Assembly: GCF_022539665.2 (NCBI RefSeq)
Contig: NC_081333.1
Coordinates: 4,588,001-4,652,000 of the forward strand
DNA length: 64,000 nt
From: Daphnia carinata
Taxonomy: Eukaryota
Direction of reading: 5' to 3'
Below are positions 13,876 to 25,552 of the stretch, piece by piece. Below the pieces are notes generated by a model. That model was not told the origin of the DNA. It worked only from the letters and a program-made list of their open reading frames with translations, and searched no databases. The position numbers and the translations under genes were made by a program. Numbering within the stretch: the stretch's first letter is position 1; each line of letters begins with the position of its first letter.

Positions 13876-16800
13876 ATGCCGGCGATTGTTTTGGAAAAAC
13901 CGAAACTGAGCAGACCCATGTGGAATTCCCTGAAATCCCACATAATTAGAGAAAGACAGAGAAAAAAGCAAGGTAATTATATTTTGGCTTGGAACCGACT
14001 TTCGGCTATAGAACAGTTATTGTATTTTGAAATGAGATTTGAAAGGAGTTGTTATTGTTTGTAACAGAACAGGAAGCAGATGCTGAGGTAGAGCGTCAAC
14101 GAAGAGAACGAGAAGACCAACAGAAAGAACAAGAAATGACTTTAGAAGAAACAAAGGAACAGGTTGCTCAATCAGAATCCAAACTTTCACAGTTGAAAGA
14201 AGACAAACACCAATTATTTCTTCAGCTCAAAAAAGTCCTTAATGAAGATGATACCAGAAGAAAAATTAAGGAGTCCAGTTTTAAGTATGCATCTACACAT
14301 CTTTTCCTTTGATATAAATTTAAACATTAGTCACAGAACTTTGTTGAACAGGTTTTTAATAGCAATGAAAGTGGTCTCTGTTTTAGTGTGGGGGGTGTGT
14401 ATTTTCTTGTCTTGGTTGTTAATGATTATAGTATTTTCCATAACTTTTAAAACTATTGGTTTAAACTAAAAATGTTTTTGGTTCCTGGATAAAGTCTTAA
14501 ATCTGTTTTTACCTCAGCAGTGATATGATGCTGTTTCATCCTTATCAAACTGGAACTTCTCTAGTACATCCGAGTACCCATGGTTCTTTGTACATGCACC
14601 CCAATCTTGGTACTCCTAGGCCAGTCTTCAATGGTGGGAAAGAAGAATCCCTTTTGAATCTGCACGGAGTACCACCTTCGTCACTCTATGGACAGCCGGT
14701 GAATATGGTCCCTTCTCTAGGACATCAAATTCAAGCTAGTCAGAAGAGATCCCGGAGTCCGTCTCCGCCACCTCAGCTGTATCATTCATACAAACCACCG
14801 TCACTTTCCCCATACAATCCAAGTAAAATGCTAGTCCTTCGCTTTTTTCATTTTCTTTCTTTCTTTTTTATTAATTGAATTCCTGATTATTTGTATTGAT
14901 TATATTATAGAAGGTACCGGTAGTCCGTATGGAGGGAGCCCTGCAGTCCCTGGTAGCATTTTCTATACACACTCCGTTTCAGTAAGTGCTGCACATAGCG
15001 CAGCAAGTGGCGGCTATCAACTGCCTCCAGGGTCGATGTACAGCTACCCCACTCACTCTTCTTCCTCACGCCCAACATATTCTGTTCAAACGCCGGTCTC
15101 ATCCAAAGATGATGCTTCTTCTGCTTCTAAGCATCATTCAGCTGTATATGTCGGACAAGGAAATGTTCTACCTCAGAATCCTCAAAGAAGTAAGCATTGA
15201 TTACCTATAATATGAGATTCTAATTGGGAAATAAGATTGAGGTTAGAAGCAAAAAAAATTTAAATAAAAATTACATCAGCAAACCTATTGTGGTTGTCAA
15301 ACTAAAGAATGCAACTGAAAGCTTGGCAAGAGAAACTCAAAACGTACATTTATAATTTTTCAGATGTCCCACCGAGAAATTCTGGGCCTTCGCTAAATCA
15401 AGGTTGGTACCGTATTGATTTCCGGTTTTTTTTTTGCTATGGAAATATGTTGTATACTGATTATATTATATTTTATTTATTAAAAAATTTTTTTTAGGAT
15501 ACCACCACCAGCCTGTTGAACATATGCTTGGCAAAAATCCAAGTACTTATGGACCTACAGAACAAGAAAAATACTTTATTTCACCTTCTCATGGTTCTGC
15601 CTCAAACGTGTCTTCAAACGCTAGTGGCGCCCAATCAGCTGGTGGGTTACGTCCTCATGCTGGTTTATTAGCGCCAATACCAGTTCCTGGTGCGTCGCAC
15701 CCATCTGGAATTCCCATTCAGCAACAAAATCATACAAAAAGTGGTAGCATTATTACAGGAAACCCGTTACGGCCTCCACCTTCAACCGGCTCCTACCACT
15801 CTGCTACTTCTGCACCAAACGTAAGTAAATTAAAAAAAAAAAACTCAATAGCATCCATGTGTTTAGGTCAAATTTGATCAAACTGAAGTTTTATTTAATA
15901 TAGCAAAGCTTATAAAGTACCGAGTAAGAATAGGTTACGTTTAGTTTTGCAAATATGTCCGAAGACGTTTCGTATTTCGCCTGTTCCAACATGAGCAGTA
16001 GTTTAACTAGTAAAAATTGTATTCTTTTGTTTGCTTATAGCAAACCGTAATTTTCTACGTTTTTCTTTTGCTTTTTTTTTTTCCTATTTTCTGTTGTTTT
16101 TTGTTTTCCCGTTTTCTATTTTCCAGTTAAAATAAGGCATTTAAGAGAACAAATGAATTTTGTACAGATGGTGAACACAAATACTGTAGTGACTCGCAAA
16201 AATGAGTACTTGTGTTCTATAATGTTTTGCCGTCGAAATTTTTTTGCATAAATTTTTAGCTAGGTTAATTGCACACATGGTCCAATAAGATAGCAAAAGC
16301 AATAGCTTATTGCCTATCGCCGCTAGACATCCCTGCCATTAGGGCTCTTTGAAAACAAAATACTCCCTAAGAATCCTAAATATCTTAAAAATAGGATCTG
16401 GTGAATCAAGGATCTGAAGATTTGAAACCTTGTCCTACAAAATTTTGGTTTGCCTTATGCAATCTTTTAACATTCGAAAGATAAATAGGTCATTGCTCAC
16501 TGGTGATGGATTTTCCTTCTTATTTTACGTAGCACCAGTCAAATAGTTCAGTTCTTCATTGGTTTTCTGTCTTTATTCCACTTAAACATATTTGCTGTTA
16601 ACACGAACAACAAAACTCTAGTCCTTGAGCAAATTCTAGTTTCGGTTTGTATGGCGAAGTGTGTAATCTGGAGAAAATTACTTTTACTTATTTGGCGGCT
16701 GTTCTAGAAAAAGACGTTGTCGTCTTACTGCACCTAGAAGCAAACAAGAACTTCTAAATACTATTCTAGGTCAATCAGAATTTACCCATTTGATTCGTAT

Positions 16801-17183
16801 GCCAAAGGCATTTACCAATGCAAGTTCCTCGATGATTCGGTTAACTGTTTTAATAGAATTCTTAGTTCGTAATTATTTTTTACTGTGATTTTTAAAAATT
16901 TATCGGGTTAATGATAATGCTTTGGTAACCTTCCTATGAAATAGTGGCTTGGTTCATTCCGAATGTTATACTTTCTCTAGTTCCTTCTTAACGAGAGCAA
17001 TATTGTATTACGATTTATTTTGTGTGATTCCATTGACTTATAATTGCTATATTAGCTGTGGCTTAAATCGTATCTAAAATAATTATGCTTTTGACTTTTC
17101 AGGCGCAAAACAACCGCCAAGCAAATACTCAGAGTGGTGGACAATCTTGCCACCCTACTCGCTATTATGGAAATCCGAGCTAG
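13876..17183 (+). CDS. GPS2: G protein pathway suppressor 2 homolog (NCoR/HDAC3 complex subunit); exons ~13876-13972, 14068-14285, 14518/14521-14822, 14911-15189, 15364-15402, 15498-15820, 17103-17183
   Basis: N-terminus MPAIVLEKPKLSRPMWNSLKSHIIRERQRKKQEQEADAE...MTLEETKEQ...EDKHQLFLQLKKVLNEDD matches the GPS2 coiled coil. Downstream Pro/Ser/His-rich exons join in frame through GT-AG introns; the last exon is less certain. Confidence 0.88.
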
Positions 17184-17992
17184 GAGAACATTTTGTATTT
17201 ACATGCGTCACACGATCTTAGGTTGTTGCTCAGCTTATTTCAATTCTTTGTGTCTGTTGTTACATTCCTTCTGAAGTGGGTATCTTGGATTTTATTATTA
17301 ATCGCATCATATTCCTGGAATGAATAAATAATTCTAAGTGTTATCCTCTAATTCGCTGCTTTTGGAATTACAAGTGTTAACCCTAAAATATTCCGAGTTC
17401 AAAATGGGAAACAAATGCAATCTACCACGCCAAATCACATTTATTAGAATTTCCTAAAGTGCACCCGTAGGGCAAGGAAAAGGCGCCCATCGTTAGGGTT
17501 ACAATTGAACTTTAGTTACGTATACAATTAGTGAGATACAATTATTATACCAATTGTTCTACAGAGAATTCTATCGGTATACTGTATGTGTCCGAGTTTT
17601 AAACTATTCTTTGCACATTTCAATCTCAGCTGCTCAGTCCGAAGTTTACTCTGCTATGAAATTTTAAATACAGCCAAAAATGCCCAAAAAATGAGAACCT
17701 TCAGTTAGCATTAGTGTAACAATACGTCGACAGTTTATCGTGTATGAACGCGCCGAACATTTATATATATTTATACATTTTAAAATATATCGGCATTTTT
17801 TTCTGTTTTGCTGCTATCGCCATCTATCGGTCAAATTTCTAGTTAATTCTCTACATACGGCCTCACCGAATATTCCTGCTGGATCAGCCCTAGCGCTGTA
17901 GCGTACTGGCGCGCTAGCATTACGACAAACATTCGGTGTATTTCAAAAACGATTAACTGAATGAAAAAATAGCAATTTTCCCGGAATCACCA

Positions 17993-18140
17993 TTCAATTT
18001 TGAGTATATCCTGTGACATTCAACCCATTACCAATATAGGAAAAGTCGGGCTTATTTATAGTCGGGCTTAAAGTTTTTTTCTGCAAAAACTGACTCTCTT
18101 CGGAATTGGTTGAATATCACAGGATATACTAAAAATTGAA
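17993..18140. repeat. 148-bp foldback/MITE-like element with 33-bp inverted repeats
   Basis: TTCAATTTTGAGTATATCCTGTGACATTCAACC versus the reverse complement of GGTTGAATATCACAGGATATACTAAAAATTGAA (2 mismatches). Internal direct repeat AGTCGGGCTTA x2. Confidence 0.65.
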
Positions 18141-18945
18141 GGCTTATTATTTCATTCATATTTAGCGTTCCAAAATGACCAAATGGATGTGGAAATATTC
18201 ACAATAGAGACAGTGCTCAGTTGAAGAAAGATTCATATATGGGAATGGAGAGAGCTGTACGAGATAGATATTGGGAGACTGATTATGGAAATGATGGAAG
18301 CGAAGGTGAAAATCGGAATGGTTGAAAATGAAATCCATACTATGAGCAGCAAGATACGTCAAAATGTGATGCTCTAGGAAGTAAGGAAACTACACCGCCA
18401 TCTAGTGTTCCATCTCGCCATGAACTATAAAACAATTTGAACACGCCGGATGCGCTGGAACAATATTTAGCTCGCACTCCTCAACGGTCTGCAAAAGCAA
18501 AAACATCTCCTCTTGAAATATAAAAATAACCCTGTTAAGATTTGAGTTGCATTATAAGTCTGGTTACAAGAACGTAAGATGACAAATTTAGTATTATTCT
18601 TAAGTTTAATGTTAACAATTTTTTCCCTTCTAGAGATCCAGTCTTACACGTAGAGGCCCTTTGAATATATGAAAATTCTTCTGAAGCAGTTAATTATGGC
18701 AATTTGTTTTACCCAAACAAAAAAAATCGCACTTTTTTTCTTTCCCCTTACATCTACCGTCGTCTTTGTAAATACATAAATTCGTTACTATAGCAGCTAA
18801 TTGTAGTCGAATGTTCGTTCGACCTGAACTGTGTCGACCTTGTATTCTACAGCTCTTTTACAGCAGACAAAAAAAAGGTAGTTTAGGAGGGAGGGTTGGC
18901 AACCCTTTGGCCTCAGACCTTTTCTAGCTCTGTTACAGCATAGTC

Positions 18946-21900
18946 ATGTCTGATCCTAGCTCTAGTTCCAGCTCAGAAAGTTCAAGTGATAGTGATGTGT
19001 CGTCTCGTGGCTCATCTAGGAGATTGAGAATCAGCACGGCTAGAGTTAGAGTAAGCCCCCACGGTTTAGTTCATAGGGACGTTACTCCAGACATTCAAAG
19101 AGAAGAAGAGGCCGACGCCCTGGGGTTAGCCGATCCAGATCGGGACCTTTCGCCGGCTCCTGAGATTCCCCAGGACCCAAAAGTTCCATTGGAAGGAGAG
19201 AGGAAAAGGCGTCCAAGGGATGAAGAGAAAGATCAAAACCCGAGGGCAGGGAAACGACATAAAAACGAGGATGCGGTTGTAAAATTCAAATTGTCAAAGA
19301 GTAGAGGAAAGAGACTGCTACGCCCCTTTTTTAGGGGAGTAGGCGCATCAAATTCCAAGGTAACTAAGGGGCGTTACCTGGCTTCCTTTAAAAAGCGCTC
19401 AACCGCGTTTAAATGCCCTTCCTTGGACGACGCTCTCTACCAACGCCTCAAGCAAGTTAAAGGATCGTCGGCTTCAAAGAACACGATCGATCACAACGAG
19501 AGGGCCTTGTACTGCGTACAGCAAAAGATCTTAGAGGCAGCACAACCACTTCTTTTTTTGTCTAATGAGAAACTTGATGACGACTCTCACCGCGAAGCGA
19601 TTAGTGTAGCTATTCAATTGCTGGGGGATTCCTTTCACGAGGTTACTCAACAGCGAAGAAAGAATGTACTCAGGCAGACTAGCCCTTCATACCTCTACCT
19701 CCTCGACGATCAGGACAACTTTAACACCAAGGAGGCTAGTTCTCTTTTCGGAAAATCTTTCGTAAAATCTATGGTGAGGTCTTCACAACAACTTACCATG
19801 CTAAGCAATCTTCAACCGGTTCAACGCCTGTCAGGGCAACCTTACCGCAATGGCGGACATCAATTTCGCCATCCTGATGGGCACAACAATAGGCCGTCGG
19901 GTCAATCCACCAGCCATCGCTTTGAATCCACCGACGCCCAGCAGGGTTCGTCGTTCAACAACACACAAGTGGGAGAGGCCAACACCCCCTCGGCTAGACT
20001 CGGCGGAGAACGCAGCGCAGTCGAGTACAACACGACCCAGCAGAGTGCCGGGACACCAAGACACTTCAACAACAGGGGAAGGTACGTGTCTATCGTTAAA
20101 TCAAACATCGGCAGACCGCTCTCCCCATCTGGTTCGGAAGTTGCGATAGGGGGTAGGATATCAGCCTTCAAAATGAATTGGTTCAAAATATCAGCTGATC
20201 CTTGGATCCTTGAGTTAGTTTCTAATGGGCTGAGACTGGAATTTTACTCGACGCCTACGCAAGAGAACGTACCGAATAACGCAGCGTTGGGACCGAGTCA
20301 TTGGGCAATCTGTAATGAGGAAGTAGAAGACATGATTAAGAAAAGGGCGGTGGTGCGCGCCGAAACGAGGGGTTTCGTTAGCAGCATATTCATCATTCCC
20401 AAGAAATCAGGGGGCTTTAGACCCGTCATTAACTTAAAAAGGCTCAACACGTATGTTGTGTATAGGCACTTCAAAATGGAAGGGGTCAGCTCAATCAAAC
20501 ACGTAGTCCGCCATAACGACTGGATGGCAAAATTGGACCTTAAAGATGCGTACCTCGCAATACCCATCCACAGTGAGGACCAAAGTTTTTTACAGTTTAA
20601 ATGGAAAAACACTCTCTTTCAATTCATCTGTCTCCCTTTCGGCCTCTCCTCAGCCCCTTGGGCTTTTACTAAACTATTGAAGCCAGTCGTCGCGTATTTA
20701 AGACAGCGAGGAATTAGATTAATAATTTATTTGGATGATATATTAATTCTAAACCAATCTAAGGAGTCGTTAAAAGGGCAGTTAGTGGTAGTCGCCAATC
20801 TGCTGGATTCGCTTGGCTTCATTATCAATAAAGACAAATCGCATACAACCCCCACACAGGAAATAGAGTTCTTAGGCCTTTTGATTGATTCCACTACTGC
20901 TTCCCTTAAACTGCCTGACGCGAAGCAGGACGTCATCATTAAATTGTGCAAGAATGCCTTAAAAAAAGACTCTTTAACGTTAAGAGAAATCGCCAGCGTT
21001 CTAGGAAGGTTTACCTGGGCTGTTTGGGCTATCCCGTTTTCCCAAGCCCACTACCGTAATATCCAGAATACCTACATTAACGGACTCAAGCTAGACAATG
21101 GGGAACTAAAATCCAAAATCTCACTGAACCGGGAAGCTAGAGAAGACTTGTCATGGTGGACTTCATCGCATAATTTAAAGAAAAAGAAAGCACTGATAGA
21201 CCCAAGCCCTTCCATAACCATCTACGCCGATGCGTCTCTCTCAGGGTGGGGTGCAGTAAGTAACAATGTAAAAACGGGAGGTCCGTGGACATCAACCGAC
21301 ACCGCCAGGCATATAAACGAACTGGAACTTTTAGCAGGCTTCTACGCACTAAGATGTTTCGCAGAAGAAAGTCGTTCCAGTACCGTATTGCTTATACTAG
21401 ACAACTCAACGGCAGTGGCCTATATAAATAAAATTGGGGGTTCCAGATCGGCTAGCCTTAACAAAATAGCGCTAGATATAGCTGGATGGTGTGAGGAACG
21501 AGACATCACACTGCAGGCCACCCACTTACCAGGGTTTTTTAATGGCGTCGCAGATCTGGAATCGAGAGTGAGAAAATACTGGAGCGATTGGATGCTGAAG
21601 AAGGAGGTGTTTCAACTGATCCGGAGGAGATGGGAAGTGGCAATCGATCTATTCGCATCCCATTGGAATGCCCAACTGGAAACGTTCTCGAGCTGGAAAC
21701 CCCAACCGGGAGCGGCGGCGACGGACGCTCTCTCATTCAGCTGGCTAGGCCGCAACGGCTATGCCTTTCCCCCATTCTCTCTCATAGAAGACTGCCTGAC
21801 AAAGATAAGACAAGAGAGAGCGACACTGATCTTAGTATGTCCGTATTGGCCGAGCCAATCATGGTTTCCAACAGCCCTAGAGCTAGCTTCCGACATTCCA

Positions 21901-22158
21901 ATAGTTCTCCGCGTCTGCCCGGATCTACTTACGTCCAGTCGGGTGGAACCACACCCCCTGTGCGAATGCAAGAATTTCCAGTTAATCGCTTGGAAATTAT
22001 CCGGAAACGATATGCAGACCAGGGCTTTCCAGAACAAGTGGGCCAATTATTGCTGGCTGGCTCACGAGAGTCCACGAGAGATGCGTACCAGTCCGCCTGG
22101 CTCGCTTGGTACAATTGGTGCGGTAAACAAGACCAAAATCCCCTTCGAAATGACCTAA
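18946..22158 (+). CDS. DIRS polyprotein: Gag-like + reverse transcriptase + RNase H + DAM-like methyltransferase domain
   Basis: RT motifs FIIPKKSGGFRPVINLK, KLDLKDAY, LPFGLSSAP, YLDDILI; RNase H YADASLSGWG, HINELEL, DNSTAVAYINK, ADLESR; MT-like IDLFAS...YAFPPF...PYWPSQSW. Uninterrupted 1070-aa ORF. Confidence 0.95.
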   Translation: MSDPSSSSSSESSSDSDVSSRGSSRRLRISTARVRVSPHGLVHRDVTPDIQREEEADALGLADPDRDLSPAPEIPQDPKVPLEGERKRRPRDEEKDQNPRAGKRHKNEDAVVKFKLSKSRGKRLLRPFFRGVGASNSKVTKGRYLASFKKRSTAFKCPSLDDALYQRLKQVKGSSASKNTIDHNERALYCVQQKILEAAQPLLFLSNEKLDDDSHREAISVAIQLLGDSFHEVTQQRRKNVLRQTSPSYLYLLDDQDNFNTKEASSLFGKSFVKSMVRSSQQLTMLSNLQPVQRLSGQPYRNGGHQFRHPDGHNNRPSGQSTSHRFESTDAQQGSSFNNTQVGEANTPSARLGGERSAVEYNTTQQSAGTPRHFNNRGRYVSIVKSNIGRPLSPSGSEVAIGGRISAFKMNWFKISADPWILELVSNGLRLEFYSTPTQENVPNNAALGPSHWAICNEEVEDMIKKRAVVRAETRGFVSSIFIIPKKSGGFRPVINLKRLNTYVVYRHFKMEGVSSIKHVVRHNDWMAKLDLKDAYLAIPIHSEDQSFLQFKWKNTLFQFICLPFGLSSAPWAFTKLLKPVVAYLRQRGIRLIIYLDDILILNQSKESLKGQLVVVANLLDSLGFIINKDKSHTTPTQEIEFLGLLIDSTTASLKLPDAKQDVIIKLCKNALKKDSLTLREIASVLGRFTWAVWAIPFSQAHYRNIQNTYINGLKLDNGELKSKISLNREAREDLSWWTSSHNLKKKKALIDPSPSITIYADASLSGWGAVSNNVKTGGPWTSTDTARHINELELLAGFYALRCFAEESRSSTVLLILDNSTAVAYINKIGGSRSASLNKIALDIAGWCEERDITLQATHLPGFFNGVADLESRVRKYWSDWMLKKEVFQLIRRRWEVAIDLFASHWNAQLETFSSWKPQPGAAATDALSFSWLGRNGYAFPPFSLIEDCLTKIRQERATLILVCPYWPSQSWFPTALELASDIPIVLRVCPDLLTSSRVEPHPLCECKNFQLIAWKLSGNDMQTRAFQNKWANYCWLAHESPREMRTSPPGSLGTIGAVNKTKIPFEMT

Positions 22159-22961
22159 AACATATTCTATCATTCCTGTCAGAAGCCCATTTCGAAGGAA
22201 AAGCGTATGGCACAATAAATATTTATAGGTCGATGCTTTCCTCTACCTTACAACCAATTGATGGTCTACAGATCGGGAAACACCCGCTCATTGTAAAATT
22301 GATGAAAGGTATATACAATTCAAACCCTCCGAAACCTAGGTACGAGTTCACCTGGGACGTCAGTATAGTGACCAACCATTTAAGCCAACTTAAAAACGAG
22401 GATTTAGCTATCGGCCCCCTCGCTCGGAAACTGGCTACGCTTCTGGCGTTAGCATCCTTCCTTCGAGCTTCGGAAGTGGCTTCTATCGGGAAAGAGGATC
22501 TAAGAATAAGTGAATCCGGTATGAATTTCTCCCTCCTAAAACCGAGAAAGGCTCAGAAGGAAGGAGCGCTAAAAACGTTCTTTATCAAAAGAATTCCGGA
22601 CCCCCGAATTGACCCGGTATCTTGCACGGAACACTACATATCTATAACGGAGAAGTATCGCGTGCAATCGAATGGTAGGCATCTCTTTATGGGATCAGTG
22701 AAGCCGTACAACCCAGTAGTCGGATCGACCGTAGCGGGTTGGTTAAAGAGACAGCTGCAGGAAAGTGGCGTAGACACAGGCAGATTCTCGGCTCACTCAA
22801 CAAGAGGAGCGGCTTTTTCGAAAGCAGCAGCAGCAGGCATCTCTGTCCAAACAATTCTAAACACAGCCCACTGGTCCTCGGAATCAACCTTTACGAGATT
22901 TTACAGAAGGGATCTGCCCAAAGAACCTTCCGTAGCAGAAGTCGTTCTGAGCATAGACTAA
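21588..22961 (+). CDS. DIRS tyrosine recombinase (lambda integrase family), overlapping the MT region in another frame
   Basis: Catalytic residues in LRASEV (R), HSTR (H-x-x-R), HW and FY. N-terminal core-binding region YQSAWLAWYNWC. True start uncertain. Confidence 0.93.
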   Translation: MDAEEGGVSTDPEEMGSGNRSIRIPLECPTGNVLELETPTGSGGDGRSLIQLARPQRLCLSPILSHRRLPDKDKTRESDTDLSMSVLAEPIMVSNSPRASFRHSNSSPRLPGSTYVQSGGTTPPVRMQEFPVNRLEIIRKRYADQGFPEQVGQLLLAGSRESTRDAYQSAWLAWYNWCGKQDQNPLRNDLKHILSFLSEAHFEGKAYGTINIYRSMLSSTLQPIDGLQIGKHPLIVKLMKGIYNSNPPKPRYEFTWDVSIVTNHLSQLKNEDLAIGPLARKLATLLALASFLRASEVASIGKEDLRISESGMNFSLLKPRKAQKEGALKTFFIKRIPDPRIDPVSCTEHYISITEKYRVQSNGRHLFMGSVKPYNPVVGSTVAGWLKRQLQESGVDTGRFSAHSTRGAAFSKAAAAGISVQTILNTAHWSSESTFTRFYRRDLPKEPSVAEVVLSID

Positions 22962-22981
22962 ACAAATGTTGGCTTTAAAGT

Positions 22982-23095
22982 CACAGTTCAGGTCGAACGA
23001 ACATTCGACTACAATTGTAAATTGATCGAGAGCGCGAAGCGCTATCGACGATCAATTTTGATTGTATAAGAATAAGAGAGAGAGACCTGAACTGT
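22982..23095. repeat. DIRS internal complementary region (ICR)
   Basis: The first part is the exact reverse complement of the element's left end and the second part the exact reverse complement of its right end, joined through a shared AATT (circle-junction mimic). Confidence 0.93.
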
Positions 23096-23706
23096 AACAT
23101 CCACCCACCCACCCAGCTTTCCTATTTAATGAGTTTATAAGCTAATCATTCCCACATAGCACAAGTCTGGCCGTGGGATGTCCGCTAGATGTCGAGGTCG
23201 GATATAAGGTACATCCTGTTGACATCCGTCGGACAGCCCGAAATCCGATTTGGATGTCCGACGGATGTTTTTTTTGTTGGTTTTGACCGCCCTAAACAGC
23301 GCCGTCAGACATCCGAAGGATATCTGACCGGACTTCTTACGGCTATAATTTGGACATGTAAGGGATATCTGCATATTCATTCGTTTTATTGATTAATAAA
23401 ATAAAATCGTGAAATAGAAAAGACTGTTGTTATTTTTTGATCTTTGTATTGAAACATGACCAGATTAATGAACATGAGAAACCTTGTGTTGCACAACCAT
23501 ATGCAGATCAAAAACAAAAAAAGGAAAACAGATTCATAAAGAAATCATTTGTCTGACTACAAAAACAAAAACAAAACATTGCTTCAACATTATTCGGGCT
23601 GACTGTATCTGTGTGACTGTGACTGACTGTGAATATAGACGAGAAACATAAAAAAAATACAATTTTTTTCTTTGTGAATGGATGATGAATGGAATGATGA
23701 TGGGAC

Positions 23707-24040
23707 TCATAGGACAGGTACCGTGCGAGGTTTGTCTTTACAGTGTCGCAGCATGTCAATCATGGCTGATTTAACATCTGCCTCTGTAATCAATGGCGTG
23801 TTACGTACCGATGCAGCTGAAAGATCAATACGTATTATAAACGAATGAAACGGATAACATGAATATTTAAAATAAATACCAATTATCACTTTTCCGATGT
23901 TGGTATCGGCTAGCTTTTTGTTATTACGATGTCCAAACCAGCTGAAAGATTTGCCTAGTTCGTTGGTCATAAGCCGCCGGGCGATCGATCTAACAATTGT
24001 TCTTGGGGTGTTTCCCCCTATTGCGATCAGGTGGGTTTTC
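23707..24040 (-). pseudogene. C-terminal remnant of a DUF4806-like accessory gene of element A
   Basis: KTHLIAIGGNTPRTIVRSIARRLMTNELGKSFSWFG...NNKKL...VKSAMIDMLRHCKDK fits the GG...W-x-G...LR pattern of DUF4806-type proteins. N-terminal part missing. Confidence 0.6.
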
Positions 24041-24134
24041 TAGAAAACATTTAAAAAACAAACAAACAGACAACACCTGAAGTTTAATTTAATTCAAATT
24101 TTAATAATTAAAAAAAAATTACCAAACGTTGTGA

Positions 24135-24194
24135 CTGGGCGGGTACGGCAAGGCAGCTGGGTAGCTGGGCGGGTACGGCAAGGCAGCTGGGCAG
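24135..24194. repeat. 30-bp tandem duplication
   Basis: CTGGGCGGGTACGGCAAGGCAGCTGGG(T/C)AG x2. Confidence 0.9.
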
Positions 24195-24721
24195 CGCGAC
24201 GAACACGTTTCACAAGTCTTTCATGCACACTTTAAAATCCAAGTTCTGCTAATTTTCAAAAAATTCACACAACACCATACAAAGCACATGACTCAAAGGC
24301 AGCTACCGAGCGAATGCCTGAATCGCTAGATCCCCATGCGAAAGAAGTCGGAACTACCATTTTTTTTGCTTTTGGTGTTCATTCCCTAAACACAGGTAAA
24401 TGGTATCTTCTCAAAAAATTGCTCATCAAATAATTATTATTAATAAAACAGTTATCTTATAAAAAAACACTGTTGAAATTTAAGTAGATGTTTTTACGTT
24501 ACATATTAAATAGTAATTTCAAGTAAATTTAAATTTAATAAACTGCTGGAACATATCACTGCCATTTAAGTTATCTGACAATGCTGATTTAATATATAGG
24601 GGAAAAAGGCGGCCATTATTTTTCTAAATACCATGTATTATATGTGTTTTTCACAAATACGACAAGTGGATTTGCGCCTGTAACTGTCAACATGACGTGA
24701 ATGAAATTATTTCGTTAACAG

Positions 24722-25552
24722 GTTTACTGATGTTGGGATCCATTCTGTCTTTTATATCACTTATGCTGTTGGTTATGTCATTTGCCAGGTAATCCCAACC
24801 AATTCTCTGTCAAACATTCATATGCCAATTTACCCTTTGTTTACAGTCCACATTGGCTGGTCTCTTGGCAAGACACATACAGCCCGTTCAAGAACATGGG
24901 TCTCTGGGAGTTTTGTTTTAGCAGATTCCGTTACCCAAACTACCAATTTGATGACCTCGTTGATGGTTGCCACTATGTCTTCAGCAAGACATACTTTGTG
25001 ATTTGGGAATGGTTGCTGCCAGGTAAATTTAGAGTCACACTTTCCTTTGCCGGCTACTTCACAACTCTTTCATTTGCTCTCCAAAGGTTGGCTGATGGCA
25101 GTGCAGGTTTTTATGACGCTGGCCTTGATATTTTCCTGCTCTGCCCACATTGCCTTAACAATGCTTCTTGTTCGTTGGCCGCTCAACTTCACATTCCGAT
25201 ACCAGTGCAGATCCTGTCTGCCTGTGCACTAATGAATGGTTTGAAATCCTTTTGCCTCTTCCTGTCGGTGGCTGTCTTTGGTGGACAATGTTGGAGACGT
25301 GACTGGATGCCCTACCCAAATTTCAACTACCTCTCTTGGTCGTACGTGTTTGCCGTAATCGCCATGTTCATCGGAATGGCTGCCACAGCCAGTTTCTACT
25401 TCGTAAGTTCTCATCATGCAATTCACCATGAAATAATTCTAAACCAAGCAAACTATTCTAAAAATGACGCCAAGAGGACAGTGGAACGCAAGAAAGCCAA
25501 CAGCAATCTAGTTGTTCAGATGCAATCACACGGCAGCCAGATTTACATCTGA
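24722..25552 (+). pseudogene. pck: Captured intron-containing copy of the septate-junction claudin pickel/megatrachea, frameshifted
   Basis: Spliced reading VMSFASPHWLVSW..FKNMGLWEFCF..GCHYVFS..WLLPGWLMAVQVF..RWPL..FGGQCWRRDWMPYPNFNYLSWSY..NLVVQMQ..YI follows Drosophila Pickel as I recall it. Introns 24789-24846 and 25024-25087 retained; 1-nt frameshift near 25207; last acceptor apparently lacks AG. Confidence 0.85.

Noticed and set aside
19831..22978. Antisense and alternate-frame ORFs within the DIRS coding region
   Set aside because: Shadow ORFs of the RT and YR genes with no independent motifs.
24782..25552. 256-aa ORF as a functional claudin gene
   Set aside because: The ORF reads through introns by chance. 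The spliced frame has a frameshift and a damaged acceptor, and it lies within a TIR element.
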